A stretch of 64,000 nt of DNA from Octopus sinensis (lineage: Eukaryota): positions 21,948,001 through 22,012,000 of the forward strand of contig NC_043015.1 of NCBI RefSeq assembly GCF_006345805.1, in the 5' to 3' direction. The translations under genes were made by a program, and so were the position numbers. The notes under the pieces were generated by a model. The model was not told the origin of the DNA, made no database searches, and was given only the letters and a program-made list of their open reading frames with translations. Of this stretch, positions 1-11,642 are shown piece after piece. Numbering within the stretch: the first letter of the stretch is position 1; every line of letters starts with the position of its first letter.

Positions 1-37
1 TTGTTTTAACGGTCATTTTCAGAGCATTTTGTTCGAT

Positions 38-110
38 GGCCCGATAACTGAAGAGAGGCCGGCGTGGACTTCCGCCCTGACATCCGAAACTCGGAGTTTT
101 AACATGGCTG
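38..110 (+). ncRNA. Candidate type I hammerhead motif (degenerate stems) in a PLE-type repeat end
   Basis: CTGAAGA at 48-54, GAAAC at 86-90, near-palindromic ACTCGGAGT followed by T98. Stem I is only TAA/TTA plus distal GGCC/GGCT, and the base of stem II is imperfect. Confidence 0.35.
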
Positions 111-191
111 CCGAATAATTGTCGCATATTATATTTACAGATAAATATATATATATATGTGAGTGTGTGTGTGTGTGTATGTAGTATATAT

Positions 192-233
<42 letters not shown>

Positions 234-282
234 ATAGGTGAGAGAGTTGGTGTGTGAAAACACGTCGTTGGATGTATAAAAA

Positions 283-1240
283 ATAAAAAGAGTGAAAAAA
301 CTACAGAAGGCTTGTGTTATAAGGTTAAAGAATATATTTCAGTCCTTGTTAGAAAACTGTTATAAAATTTTGTGTATAGTAACATAGGTTTTGGAGGAAT
401 AACCGGTTTCGTATATTCTTTTCAAATTTCTCAAATTTCTTTACCTCCATCGTGTCATATCTTCGTTATGAAGTGAAGATTTGCAGGCAGGTGAAGGTAA
501 TCAGGGATTTCTTCCGGTATAAGGGAGATAATCGCTTTATATATTTTTTCTTTTTTTCAATGACATGAATTTCCTTGTATAAAAATATTAGAATGGTTAA
601 CTTTTGGTTTATATTTTTCAATGAAGAATGTTTCCTTGTCTAATCTAATTTGTGTTGGTATATCAATAGCACATTGATATAATGCAACGATTAAAAACTG
701 TGGCAGTATTTCCTTTGCGCATTTCTCAATATGTTCACTAAAGGGTAACATTCTGTATTCTGCGGCTGAGCGATAATCCCGTGCACCCACGTAGTTTTGG
801 TGGCAGCACGAGCATCTTATGACATAAATTATGTTTTCTGAAGCACAAGTAAAATTAGATTTGATCTTGAATGTTTGTCCCTCTGTGAAGAAGAATACTG
901 ATCCTTTTAGAACGCTTGGGCATGTTGCGCAGTTTGGTCTACAACATTTTTTTTACATTTTGCATCCGTAATTTCAGAAAACAATTTTACATTTGTGAGG
1001 ATATTTTTTAGTGATATAGGTTGTTTGTAGCTTTTAATGATTTTATGCATGTTTAGAATTTCCTTTAATTTGGGGTCATAATGAAGCATTGGTAAATTCT
1101 AGGTGATGATGGTGAAGGCTTCTTTGTTTCTGGGGTTGTATGTGGATATGTAAGGCAGTACTTTCCGGGAAGGTGTGTTGCTGTGTTGAACTTTTCTTAA
1201 AGATTCTATGTCGATTTCTGTTGCACGTCTGGAACTTCCC
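283..1240 (-). mobile_element. 5'-truncated Penelope-like retroelement (linker, Zn-knuckle, GIY-YIG endonuclease, 3' end), pseudogenised
   Basis: Minus-strand translation across frameshifts and stops: LPYISTYNPRN..NLPMLHYDPKLKEIL..KSYKQPISLKNILT, CxRPNCATCP, NFTCASENIIYVIRCSCCHQNYVG, PFSEHIEKC..RLDKETFFIEKYKPKVN. These match PLE GIY-YIG motifs and the copy at 56200-56620. Confidence 0.85.
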
Positions 1241-1451
1241 CTGCCTGGAACTCTTCACTTCATAAGGAAGATATGACACGGTGTATGTAAAGAAATTTCA
1301 GAAATTTGAAAAGAATATACGAAACCGGTTATTTCTCCAAAACCTATCTTACTATACACAAAATTTTCTAACATTTTTCTAACATAACGACTTAAATATA
1401 TTCTTTAACCTTATAACACAAACCTTCTGTAGTTTTTTCACTCCTTTTTAT
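1235..1451 (+). repeat. Inverted copy of the PLE 3' end (pseudo-LTR); pairs with 283-497
   Basis: The reverse complement aligns to 283-497 (e.g. gagtgaaaaaactacagaagg(c/t)ttgtgttataaggttaaagaatatattt) with scattered substitutions. Confidence 0.9.
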
Positions 1452-1452
1452 C

Positions 1453-1459
1453 TTATATA

Positions 1460-1535
<76 letters not shown>

Positions 1536-1595
1536 CATGTATGTATGGATGTATGTATGTATGTATGTATGTGTGTATGTATGTATGTATATGTA
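1453..1595. repeat. Compound microsatellite (TA)n-(TG)n-(TATG)n
   Basis: Directly visible. Confidence 0.95.
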
Positions 1596-1600
1596 TTTCG

Positions 1601-1980
1601 TGGAGGTGCAATGGCCCAGTAGATAGGGCAGCGGACTCACGGTCGTAGGATCGCGATTTCGATTCCCAGATCAGGCGTTGTGAGTGATTATTGTGCAAAA
1701 GCACCTACAGCTCCACGAGGCTCCGGCAGGGGTGGTGGCGAACTCTGCTGTACTCTTTCACCACAACTTTCTCTCACTCTTTCTTCCTGTTTCTGTTGTA
1801 CGTCTATTTCAAAGGACCAGCCTTGTCACACTCTGCGTCACGCTGGATTCCTCCGAGAACTACGTTAAGGGTGCACGTGTTTGTGGAGTGCTCAGCCACT
1901 TGCACGTTAATTTCACGGGCAGGTTGTCTCGTTGATCGGTTCAACTGGAACCCTCGTCGTCCCCACCGACAGAGTACCAC
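1601..1980 (+). mobile_element. tRNA-derived SINE (octopus-type family with ~380-bp body)
   Basis: A-box-like TGGCCCAGTAG at 1612, B-box-like TTTCGATTCC at 1657-1666, tRNA-like head. The body is recognised from octopus repeats, and the element is flanked by microsatellites. Confidence 0.75.
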
Positions 1981-2749
1981 GATGTGTGTATGTATATATA
2001 TATATATATCTGTGTGTGTGTGTGTATGTGTGTTTGTGTGTAGCTGTGTGTATGTGTGTATGTGTGTGTATCACTTTGTATATTGATATATACTTACTTC
2101 AACTGATCAATGTATACATATGCATTTTAGTTTATCTAACAATCACTTTGATAACTCACATACACTCACATACACGCACACACTAACATACACACACACG
2201 CCCGCACTCACATACACATACACACATACTTACATAAATACAAACTTACACACAAAACCATAGCCAGACAGACACACACACCCTCATGCACCGCCCTTCA
2301 CCACTGTCTGTGGAGCTATAAAATTAACCTTGTATACATGCCATGGCATCAAGTAATTAAATAGTTGAAAACATCGATCAATGAATTTTACGAGAGCTTG
2401 CCATTTTAACATGTTATTGACCCGGCAAATGTATGCTACTATTGTGCCGGCACTTTTATAGCACTATTGTCCCGGCAATTATCGTGAACTACGCATAATG
2501 AAGTGAATGGCAAGGCATTTAGATGAAGTGCAGCTACTAATTGTTCCTGATTTACGAACAATAAAGTCTTTTAAACTAAGAACAAATCGAATTTGTTTAG
2601 TGGAATAGTTATCGTCGGTTAAATCGACTAAACTATATTACTTGCACTTATCATAGATAGACATCCGGGTGGGGGCCAGGATATAGAATGAAAGCTTAAG
2701 TCAATTTTTCTTTGAAAGTTTTTAAACGTTCAGTTTTACTAAATCATTT

Positions 2750-2767
2750 ATTTATTATTATTAACAT

Positions 2768-2806
<39 letters not shown>

Positions 2807-2980
2807 TATTATTATTATTATGATTATTATTATTATTATTATTATTATTATCATTGTTGTTGTTGTTGTTGTTATTATTACTATTATTATTATTATTATC
2901 ATGATTGTTGTTGTTGTTATTATTACTATTATTATTAGTAGTAGTAGTAATAGTAGTAGTAGTATTATTATCATTATTAT
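2750..2980. repeat. Compound trinucleotide microsatellite (ATT/AAT/GTT/AGT)n
   Basis: Directly visible; it generates the poly-I/poly-N ORFs in the track. Confidence 0.95.
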
Positions 2981-3309
2981 AGACATCGCACAGTATACAA
3001 TATCGTGAGGTTGTTGATTGAAGATATTTTATCAACCGGGGCTTTGTACTGTTTTTCAAGTCACAACAAGGACCTCAGACAGTACTTTACACAAAATGCG
3101 TGAAGTTCCAAGTAATGCTAACGTTTACAATGCATCTAGATTGTAGAGTATCTCTAAGGTGTTCAGATGTCTTTTCAGCTTGGGTGGTATTGAACCCAAT
3201 GCTCCGATGACAGTAGGGATAACCTTTATGTTAGACTCTCGTAGCTGCCACATCTTAGTGATCTCAATTCTCAGGTCTCCATATTTATCAATTCTTTTGC
3301 TTTGTTTCA

Positions 3310-3310
<1 letters not shown>
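2981..3310 (-). mobile_element. 3' end of an RLE-endonuclease non-LTR retrotransposon (R4/Dong-like), 5'-truncated
   Basis: KRIDKYGDLRIEITKMWQLRESNIKVIPTVIGALGSIP..L*KLALLGTSRILCKVL matches the KxxKYxxL..W..VxPxVxGxLG..LLGTxRI C-terminus. (TAA)n tracts lie on both sides. Confidence 0.8.
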
Positions 3311-3364
<54 letters not shown>

Positions 3365-3512
3365 TAGTTGGCGAATTGGCAGAATCGTTTGTCTTCCACA
3401 CTTTCGGGATCGATAAATTAAGTACCAGTTGAGTATTGAGGTCATTGTGATCGATTATCCCTCTCCCTCAGAAATGTCAGGCCTTGTGTCTATAGTAGAC
3501 CAGATGAGGTTG

Positions 3513-3603
<91 letters not shown>
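3311..3603. repeat. (TTA)n tracts at 3311-3362 and 3516-3603
   Basis: Directly visible. Confidence 0.9.
3369..3500 (+). mobile_element. Internally deleted family-1 SINE
   Basis: Head ggcgaattggcagaatcgtt is joined to the core tttcgggatcgataaattaagtaccag. Confidence 0.7.
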
Positions 3604-3604
<1 letters not shown>

Positions 3605-4959
3605 CCCTTCTGCCTAAACGTTTACCATTATTTCCGAAGTAAATCAAGGTTGCGGAGAATCTTGGACTGTAATGTTGGGAGCAAAAACGCATTTTGAAAT
3701 AATGGTTTCAAATTTTGGTCAAACGCCAGTAATTTTAGGGAAGAGGAATAACCAGTTATATTGACTCCGGTGCTCAGACGTTATTTATGTTATCGAAACT
3801 GAAAATCTGAAAGGCAAAGTTAACTACCGCAGTATTTCAATGCAGAACGGCACAAATGTTGCTCGTAATTTTTATGCGAAGTGCTAACGATTCTAAAAGA
3901 AGTTCCGAGTAAGCCTGTTGTAGCTGATGGAGATATGAAATTGTTTTCTGAAACAAAAAATTAGCAGGAAGATGACCAAAACTTTAAATATAAACAGTAA
4001 ACCTTCTACTGAAATACGCTTTCATGACACTTCAGCCCCCTACCAGAGCTTTGATTCTGAAATACTAAAAACGCATAAGTTTTCTTTATTGGGCACATAA
4101 ACGATTATTCTCTCTAAAGTTTGTAATAAGGGGTATTTCGTTGTTGTATTTATTATCTCTTGGTGGATCCTAATTCAAATTTCCGTGATAAATTGTCATT
4201 CGCAATCTGCCGCTGATTTTGTTTGTGAGATTAAGTTATATTGTATGACTATATTATTAAATATGTAATTCGTTTCTTTAATATGATAGGCTAAGAGTTT
4301 AAGAAACTGGCGATTGCTATTTTCAATACGAAAAACGATCTTATAGAAGCTGTTGTCTTGGATTACACCCTCGTTCCCTGGAGATAGAAATGATTCCCAA
4401 AGCTTAGTGTTCAGAGTAAGTAACAATTTGTGATTCCCAGTTATTGTATGCTATGAGAGGCTACATGTTATGATGTAAGAGATATGCAACAAAATGGGGT
4501 TACGGAGAGTATATAAACATCAGAATTTAATATATCGAAACTACAGCAGTATAAAAACACTTATAAGTAGAACAAACTCCGGATATTATTTATAAGATCC
4601 ACGAATCAAACTTCAATGAGCTTAAATGTTAATTTAGATTCGCAGAAATACCCAATTTAATTTCTCACGTACAATCCAAGAAGACAGGAACAGTGAAACA
4701 TTCATAAAATTCCTGACTATTATGAATATTAAAGATCATCTCCCTATTCTGGACACATACGTTTACACATTGTCTGTATTATTTGGGAATAAATATAAGT
4801 AAAAGTAATAGTATTTATTAGTTTGTGCTGCGGTAATAAAATGTTGCAAACGAGATGTTGTTTTAGAATATCGAACTATGCTATTGATTGCTATTTTATG
4901 TTGTTATCTGCAACAAATGTAGAAAGAACACAAAATAAGTATTAGAAATACACCTAAAA

Positions 4960-5157
4960 GGCGGACAACTGGCAGAATCACTAACTCGTAAGATAAAATG
5001 TTTACCGGTTTCTTTTCTGGCCCATTGTTCTAAGTTCAAATCTCGTCGAGGTTACATTTTTTCTGATCCTTTTGTGGTCGATTAAATAAAGTGCTATTCA
5101 AAAACGGATGTTTACGTAATCGACTTATCACCTCCTTTCAAAAATTGCTGGTCACGA
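4960..5157 (+). mobile_element. Diverged family-1 tRNA-derived SINE
   Basis: ggcggacaactggcagaatc...agttcaaatctc...gtcgattaaataa...taatcgactt; homologous to 8388-8619. Confidence 0.7.
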
Positions 5158-5304
5158 ACCGTGTAACAGACCGACGTCCCATTAAGGAGAAATAATGTAA
5201 TATTGAATCCGCGTAACCGGCCTTATGTGTCCTAAGGACTCGAGACAAACAAATAAGGGAACTCGTCTATACTGAGGCACAATATATGAAAGACTAAAGC
5301 GACT

Positions 5305-5700
5305 CTCATTATTTACATTTGACGGATCTTTCTCCTCATTTTGTTTCTTTTTAACACAAGCTTTCGGCTGATATACTCTCCAGCCTTCTTCAGTTGCCTG
5401 GGGAAAATTCGAACCTGGGTTCTCATTCCTAAGGTATTTTTTCGATGTTGCTGTTTTTGTTGTTGTTGTTATTATTGTTATTATTATTTTGTTTATTAAC
5501 AAAAATAATAATAATAATTATAATAATAACAACAACAACAAAAACAGCAACATCGAAAAATACCTTAGGAATGAGAACCCAGGTTCGAAATTTCCCCAGG
5601 ACAACTGAAGAAGTCTGGAGAGTATATTAGCCGAAACATTGTGTTAACAAGAAACAAGATGAGGACAAATACCCGTAAAATGTGAATGATGTAAATAATG
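5305..5700. repeat. ~190-bp-arm fold-back of a PLE-type repeat, centred on a (TAA/CAA) microsatellite
   Basis: 5305-5493 is the reverse complement of ~5497-5700 (e.g. ttcgaacctgggttctcattcctaaggtattttt / aaaaataccttaggaatgagaacccaggttcgaa). Confidence 0.9.
5353..5398 (-). ncRNA. Minimal type I hammerhead ribozyme motif (PLE-type)
   Basis: Minus strand reads GGCAA CTGAAGA A GGCTG-GAGAGTATAT-CAGCC GAA AGCT T GTGTT. The core is intact, stem II is 5 bp, stem III is the palindrome AGCT, and the first stem I pair is an A.G mismatch. A decayed twin lies at 5599-5645 (+). Confidence 0.55.
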
Positions 5701-6849
5701 TGCAAATATTGAACTGTAAAGCGACACTCGTTTAGAAAAATCACTTCATCTGATTCTGCTTTCTAACTGGTAGATACAAACAATTCGAGTCAAAATTGTC
5801 TTCATAAAGTGTCCCAAAATACTTATAGTTTGAACTCCAAAATACATAAATGCTTTGTTAATTGAAATATTATTGGTCGATTTCAGAAGAAAATACTGAT
5901 TGCCTTGAATTACAATAGTAAACACGTCTCCCATTTATAAATAACGTAATAGTCCTATAACTAAAGATTTCTAAATTAGTCGCAACCTTACGAAATCGAT
6001 GGTAAAATATTACAGTCATTTTAATCCTTCCTAACATTTCGTTTTGGCGGTATTAGAACATTTTAGCTAATGGTCTGTAACTGAATACTGTAATTTAACT
6101 GATTCTAGCATTTTCTTTCCCCATATTTCTAATCATATAATAACCAAAACTGAGATAACTATTAAAGGAGGATATCCAACCAAGTTTTTAATGCTGGAAT
6201 ATTTTATAAGTTTGAGCATAATGGGATCTTCTATATTTATATCCGTGTTGTATGTTACATAAGCGTAAAAATAATGAAATTTGTACAGGAAGTGATTAAT
6301 GAGCAGTTGTAAAATTTATGCCATTTGCTAACCATTAGCAGCATTGCAAAGTTATACCTCGATGGTCTGCAGACTAAGTAGCAACCTAGCGTTTAATATT
6401 ATACATGCATGTATGAGTGTGTGTATCAGTTTGTATCAATGGGTATATTTATACAAAGTGAGAGAATGAGAGAGGACGTGGGAGAGAAAAATGAGTGATG
6501 CAAACACACACACACACACATATATATATATATGCAAGTATTAATGCGTGTACACACACATACACAAACACACACGCACACACACGCATATACGTATACA
6601 TATATTATGTATATACACATATATGTATACACGCATTCAGGCATATACACGTATATGCATCTCTTACAGATGAGGAGCGTTTGCATTCATCGTTTAGACG
6701 CCTTTTACATTTATTAACAAAGTAATTGAAATGACGGTTTGTTATTTGAAATCACTGCAAAATATAATTGATCCTCAAAAATTCAATTATATAGAAAGTT
6801 GAAATATACGTAACAATAAAACATGGTACACATTTCTAGGACGGTCGGT

Positions 6850-7100
6850 TTTGTTGCTATAATTAGACACAACCTACGCCATGTTTTCCAGAACGTTGCT
6901 ACAGTGATAGGCTTATATACATCAGCATCTACCTCTGTAACATGTTACTTCTTCCAATCCTGCCACTGTGAGTATGGTGACGTTTACTTTGTTAAGATGG
7001 TTCGCGATGTGGCAACGCGCATGCACTACTAACATTCTTTCTACTTCTTTCATCATCTGTATTGTGTGTTAGTCTACCACACAGCTCTTTCTCTCAAAAA
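6850..7100 (-). mobile_element. Possible highly decayed DNA-transposon fragment (Academ XPG-like domain?)
   Basis: Frameshifted minus translation (H)EEVE-RMLVVHARCHIANHLNKV...EVDADV loosely resembles the HEEADTRxxxH...DTDV motif. The match is weak. Confidence 0.2.
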
Positions 7101-8387
7101 TCATAACCGTATGTAATTCCCTCTGAACTCATGTCGCGATACCATTCTGTCCACTTGCATAGGCATATTATACTTAGCTGTCCATCATCAACAAAAATCA
7201 CCCCATGTAAATAATAGAGCCGCTATATTTTGAGATATTTATATATTACTGGTTTTAGCTGATAGCTGGTCAAAATATTACAGTAGTTTCGCACACACTA
7301 CTGCACTAGACAATATTGAATACTCCTCGCCAATAGGGTCAAGGATCAGGTAGTTTTCGGGCAGAATTTCGACTAATTGTCAATACTATCAAATCAACTA
7401 TAACATTTTGACCAGTTATGTGCCATGACATATAAATATCAAATATTATAACTATGACAAATCATAACTATAACATTTTTATCCGTACGACTGCATGACG
7501 CGTTGATGATGAATGATCGGAATAAGTAATGCTTTCATTCATTGAAATATTGGTTTATACTTTGAAATATGAAATGAAACTTTGAAGGAGTCGCTTATTC
7601 TTATGTCATTTGGTTTAAAAGCCTTTGTGAACGGCATCTGCGGTAATGGATGTTTCAGGTTCACGCTTTTTATTTCATAGATTTTCATATTTCTGGTTGT
7701 GTGTCTATATTTCTGTATGTGAGTATATGTGTATAAGCATATACGTATACGCATACATGAATGTATACATGTATAGATAAATGTATAATTCCGTGCATAT
7801 ATATGTGTTCATGCGAGTACATATGTGAATATGTATGCGTTTGCACGGGTTTTAGCAAAAGGAAATCTCGCATATAAACTCATTCTTTAAAGACAGGAAT
7901 TAATAGTATTAATTACAAAAGTTTACTTAAAAGTATTATTTTGGGACATTCATTAAGCAGCAACGCTATTTCGCGTCTTCGATCGTATGGTATTTATGAA
8001 GGTTATAATAATATTACAACGAAATACAGAAATTAAATATTAATGTCTTTTAGAGACACCACACTTCGTTATGCTCGCATAATATGCTACAAAGTGTATT
8101 AAACGATTTTATAAGTCAATACTACTGTGCTCTAGTTTGTAGTATAATATGAAACGTCTAAATAAAAATCCGTGTCGGTTATGAATTCAATAGAAAGTCT
8201 GTAGACATAAACTTAAAAAGGAATGAAATAAAAATGGTGAGCTAGTATCAATAATTTTTGTACGTTTCGTTCAAAAGAGAACCAGGCTCGATGCACCATC
8301 TGATACTTGGAAACGAGCAATTCTCAGTACTGGAAATCGGAGCTTTCAGTTAAAATACATACATACATATATACATACATACATGAA

Positions 8388-8619
8388 GGGTGGCGAGCTG
8401 GCAGAAACGTTAGCGCGCCGGGCGAAATGCTTAGCGCTATTTCGTCTACCGTTACGTTCTGAGTTCAAATTCCGCCGAGGTCGACTTTGCCTTTCAACAT
8501 TTCGAGGTCGATAAATTAAGTACCAGTTACGCACTGGGGTCGATATAATCGACTTAATCCACTTGTCTGTCCTTGTTTGTCCCCTCTGTGTTTAGCCCCT
8601 TGTGGGTAGTAAAGAAATA
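8388..8619 (+). mobile_element. Full-length family-1 tRNA-derived SINE (tail type 1)
   Basis: Head ggcgagctggcagaaacgttagc, B-box GTTCAAATTCC, core gactttgcctttca..tcgataaattaagtaccag, tail ttgtgggtagtaaagaaata. Matches many other copies in the window. Confidence 0.9.
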
Positions 8620-8977
8620 TATATACATACATACAAACACACAAATATATATATTCCCTACCAAGAATTCACAACGACCTCGAACCCACAAGTGTAAACA
8701 AGTGAGACAGAGAAAGGCAGAAACAAAGGAAATGCCACTTATATTTGAACACTAAAGAAATATTCTTTTAAAAAAACTTTTCTTTTAATTTTTCTAAATT
8801 TAATTATTTAATCGTTACAGTTGAAAAGGTCTCAAAATGACTGAAACCGGTGCTGAAATGTTCTTTATAAAATTATTTTAGCATTTTCTATCTTGACTTG
8901 TTTTTTCATATATATATATACATATATACATACTTATATTCATACATATGTATATATACATAGATACAAATATGCAT

Positions 8978-9024
<47 letters not shown>

Positions 9025-9364
9025 TATACATATACTTTTTTTGCTGTAGTTTCAGCTGATAGCTGCGGCCATGCTGATGCACCACCGTTTATATATATAT
9101 ATACGATTCTGTGCTTATTAAGGACATAATTGGATTCATGTTAAGAAAATACCTTATCTTTACAATTTTTCGAGTCTTTCACATGGAGGAACTGATGTTC
9201 GGTTTCATTTTCGACTAAAACAGGAATAAAGAAACTTTATCCACTAATGCGGTGTAGAGCTCTCATTCTAACTGTTCAACTTTTAGGCATATATCGGAAT
9301 AATGAAGCAAAGCAGTGTTTACGTATACTCACGTTTTATTATTTACAATTTTTACTATTTTACT

Positions 9365-9510
9365 ATATTGAAATAAACTAGTGCTTTCATGCGTTACGCA
9401 ATCGTCAGGTTTATGTAATGACAATCGTGTTCTATACCTGAGCACGACTGCTACTACATGAACCTGAAGATTGTGTAACGCCAGAAAGTACTAATATATT
9501 TCAATATTGA
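9365..9510. repeat. ~65-bp-arm inverted repeat with a 13-nt spacer
   Basis: 9365-9429 is the reverse complement of 9443-9510, with several substitutions. Confidence 0.85.
9375..9412 (-). ncRNA. Minimal type I hammerhead ribozyme motif
   Basis: Minus strand reads AAAC CTGACGA T TGCG-TAA-CGCA T GAA A GCAC T A GTTT: stem I AAAC/GTTT, intact core, UA cleavage site. The other arm has CTGAAGA..GAAAGTACTA (palindromic AGTACT). Confidence 0.55.
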
Positions 9511-9609
9511 ACAAATTTTTAAATTGTAAATTATAAAACGTGAATATCAGATTAAATTGGAATTCCATTTATTCATATATTCCTCTATACACAATCATAG
9601 AAACTTGGG

Positions 9610-9641
<32 letters not shown>

Positions 9642-9894
9642 AATGTGCGTGTGCGTGTGTGTGTATGTATGTATATATAATTATTTATGTATATCTGTGC
9701 ATTTGTGATGCTGTTTTTATAATATATTAACTATATGTTATTGTGTCGATTTAGAGGGCTTTACCCAGAGAATACTTTCCACAAGGCGAAATTATTTTGT
9801 GGGAAGAGTGCTAATCGAATGAACCTTCTCTAGGGCTCAAATATAAAGCTAGTAACAGTATAACTTCAAATTTTCTTTCTGCCACAAGGCCAGA

Positions 9895-10040
9895 AATACC
9901 CAAACACTCAAATACTACTTAATTTATCGACCCCGAAATGATGAAAGCAAAGTCAATATCGGTGAAATTTGAACTCATAACGTGCACTCGGACGAAGTAT
10001 TTTGGCCGGCTTGCTAACGATTCTTGCCAGCTCACCGCCT
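9895..10040 (-). mobile_element. Family-1 SINE, diverged
   Basis: acttaatttatcgaccccgaaatgatgaaagcaaagtc...ttgaactc...ctaacgattcttgccagctcaccgcc. Confidence 0.8.
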
Positions 10041-10899
10041 TGAATCCGGTAATAATAATTTAAATAATTCGTAATGTAGTATGAAACAAGAATTTTATCA
10101 TAGAATATTGTAGTTGACACACTTGTTTCAGTCGACTCCAGAGAGAAGGAAAGCGAAGTTAAACTTAGTGATGGAAAAAGAAATCTCTTCAGTATTAACA
10201 TACGTGACACTGTTCAGAAATCAAATCTGTCAGTGAGGTAGATCTACTCCACCTTACTACCTTCAGGAGGATCGGTGAAACTCAATAGTAATCAGGCTAA
10301 CTTGAATTAGATTCTTGTACATGATGGGAGGTTACTAATTGAAAGATTAAAAGATTAAAATCATATCACTGATCATTTATTTTATAGACCATGAAAGCAT
10401 AAAACCTGGAATGTAAAAGCGTACAGAGATATCCATTTTATCCAACACACAGTTTCCTGACAGAAAGACCAGATAGAAATCTAAGGACTGGCAACAGGCA
10501 ATTACGTCGTCAGCCTTTCGTGTATAGCACATTATTTTATCGATCAGCGAAGGAAAGGCGGCAAAATTGAATACATAGGGATTGGAACTCATAACACCAC
10601 GCTTCTAACGAGATGAAACATAATATTTTGCCTACCGTTCTAATGCTGCCGACAACACGTGAAGAAATAAACTTACAATAATGGTAACAGAGGAACAATC
10701 AGTAGGCAATTCAAATAGGACCTTGTAAGAAGAGAAATATATGAAAAGAAAATCATACAAGGGTTAAAAGTTTCCGTATATAGAATATAAAAATGATTTC
10801 TTCTACTCCAAGATTTCAGGATTTTAATAATAGATGTAAAGATATTTTTTAGCTTTTTATATTTTTCTTAGATTTGATATAATATAATATATATGTATG

Positions 10900-10989
<90 letters not shown>

Positions 10990-11314
10990 ATTTATGTATG
11001 TATGTGTGTGTTGGTTGAATTTTACTTGCTCTCTGTTTAAAAACTGCGCGTTTCTAAAATATACGTAGATATACGTTTATATATATATATATTATTTATA
11101 TATTAATATTCTCTCTTCCCATAGTGTATTTACATTTTTCACGCCATTTTACTTCTATAATACTCCTATATATTTATCTAAAGTATACATCCTGTCTGCT
11201 ATTAAGTTTTTCACTACAATCTGTTTTGAACACGCGAACGTATACTAAATGGATTATTGATTGTAGAACATGCCAATATATATGTATATATGCATATATA
11301 TACATAAATAGGTG

Positions 11315-11347
<33 letters not shown>

Positions 11348-11609
11348 TATATATGAATATATATATATATACATTTGCATATATGTATATATTTCCTTAT
11401 ATGCATACACACATATATATACATCGAAATATCTCGTTTGTCTCTTACTGGTTTCAGTGATTTGACTGACGCCATGCTGATCTCCGCACTGATCTCCCCC
11501 CCTTTCTCTCTCTCTCTCTCTATATATATATATACATACATATATATATATATATATATATGAATATATATATATATGTGTGTGTGTGTGAGTGTGCGCT
11601 TACACACAC

Positions 11610-11642
<33 letters not shown>

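Noticed and set aside
4347-4415. 69-nt candidate exon KLLSWITPSFPGDRNDSQSLVFR with a gtaagt donor
   Set aside because: Good splice sites, but isolated and unrecognised; expected by chance in 64 kb.
8818-8855. Hammerhead remnant CAG TTGAAAA GGTC..GACT GAAACCGGT G CTG
   Set aside because: Three core positions are mutated; probably a PLE relic but not reportable as an RNA gene.
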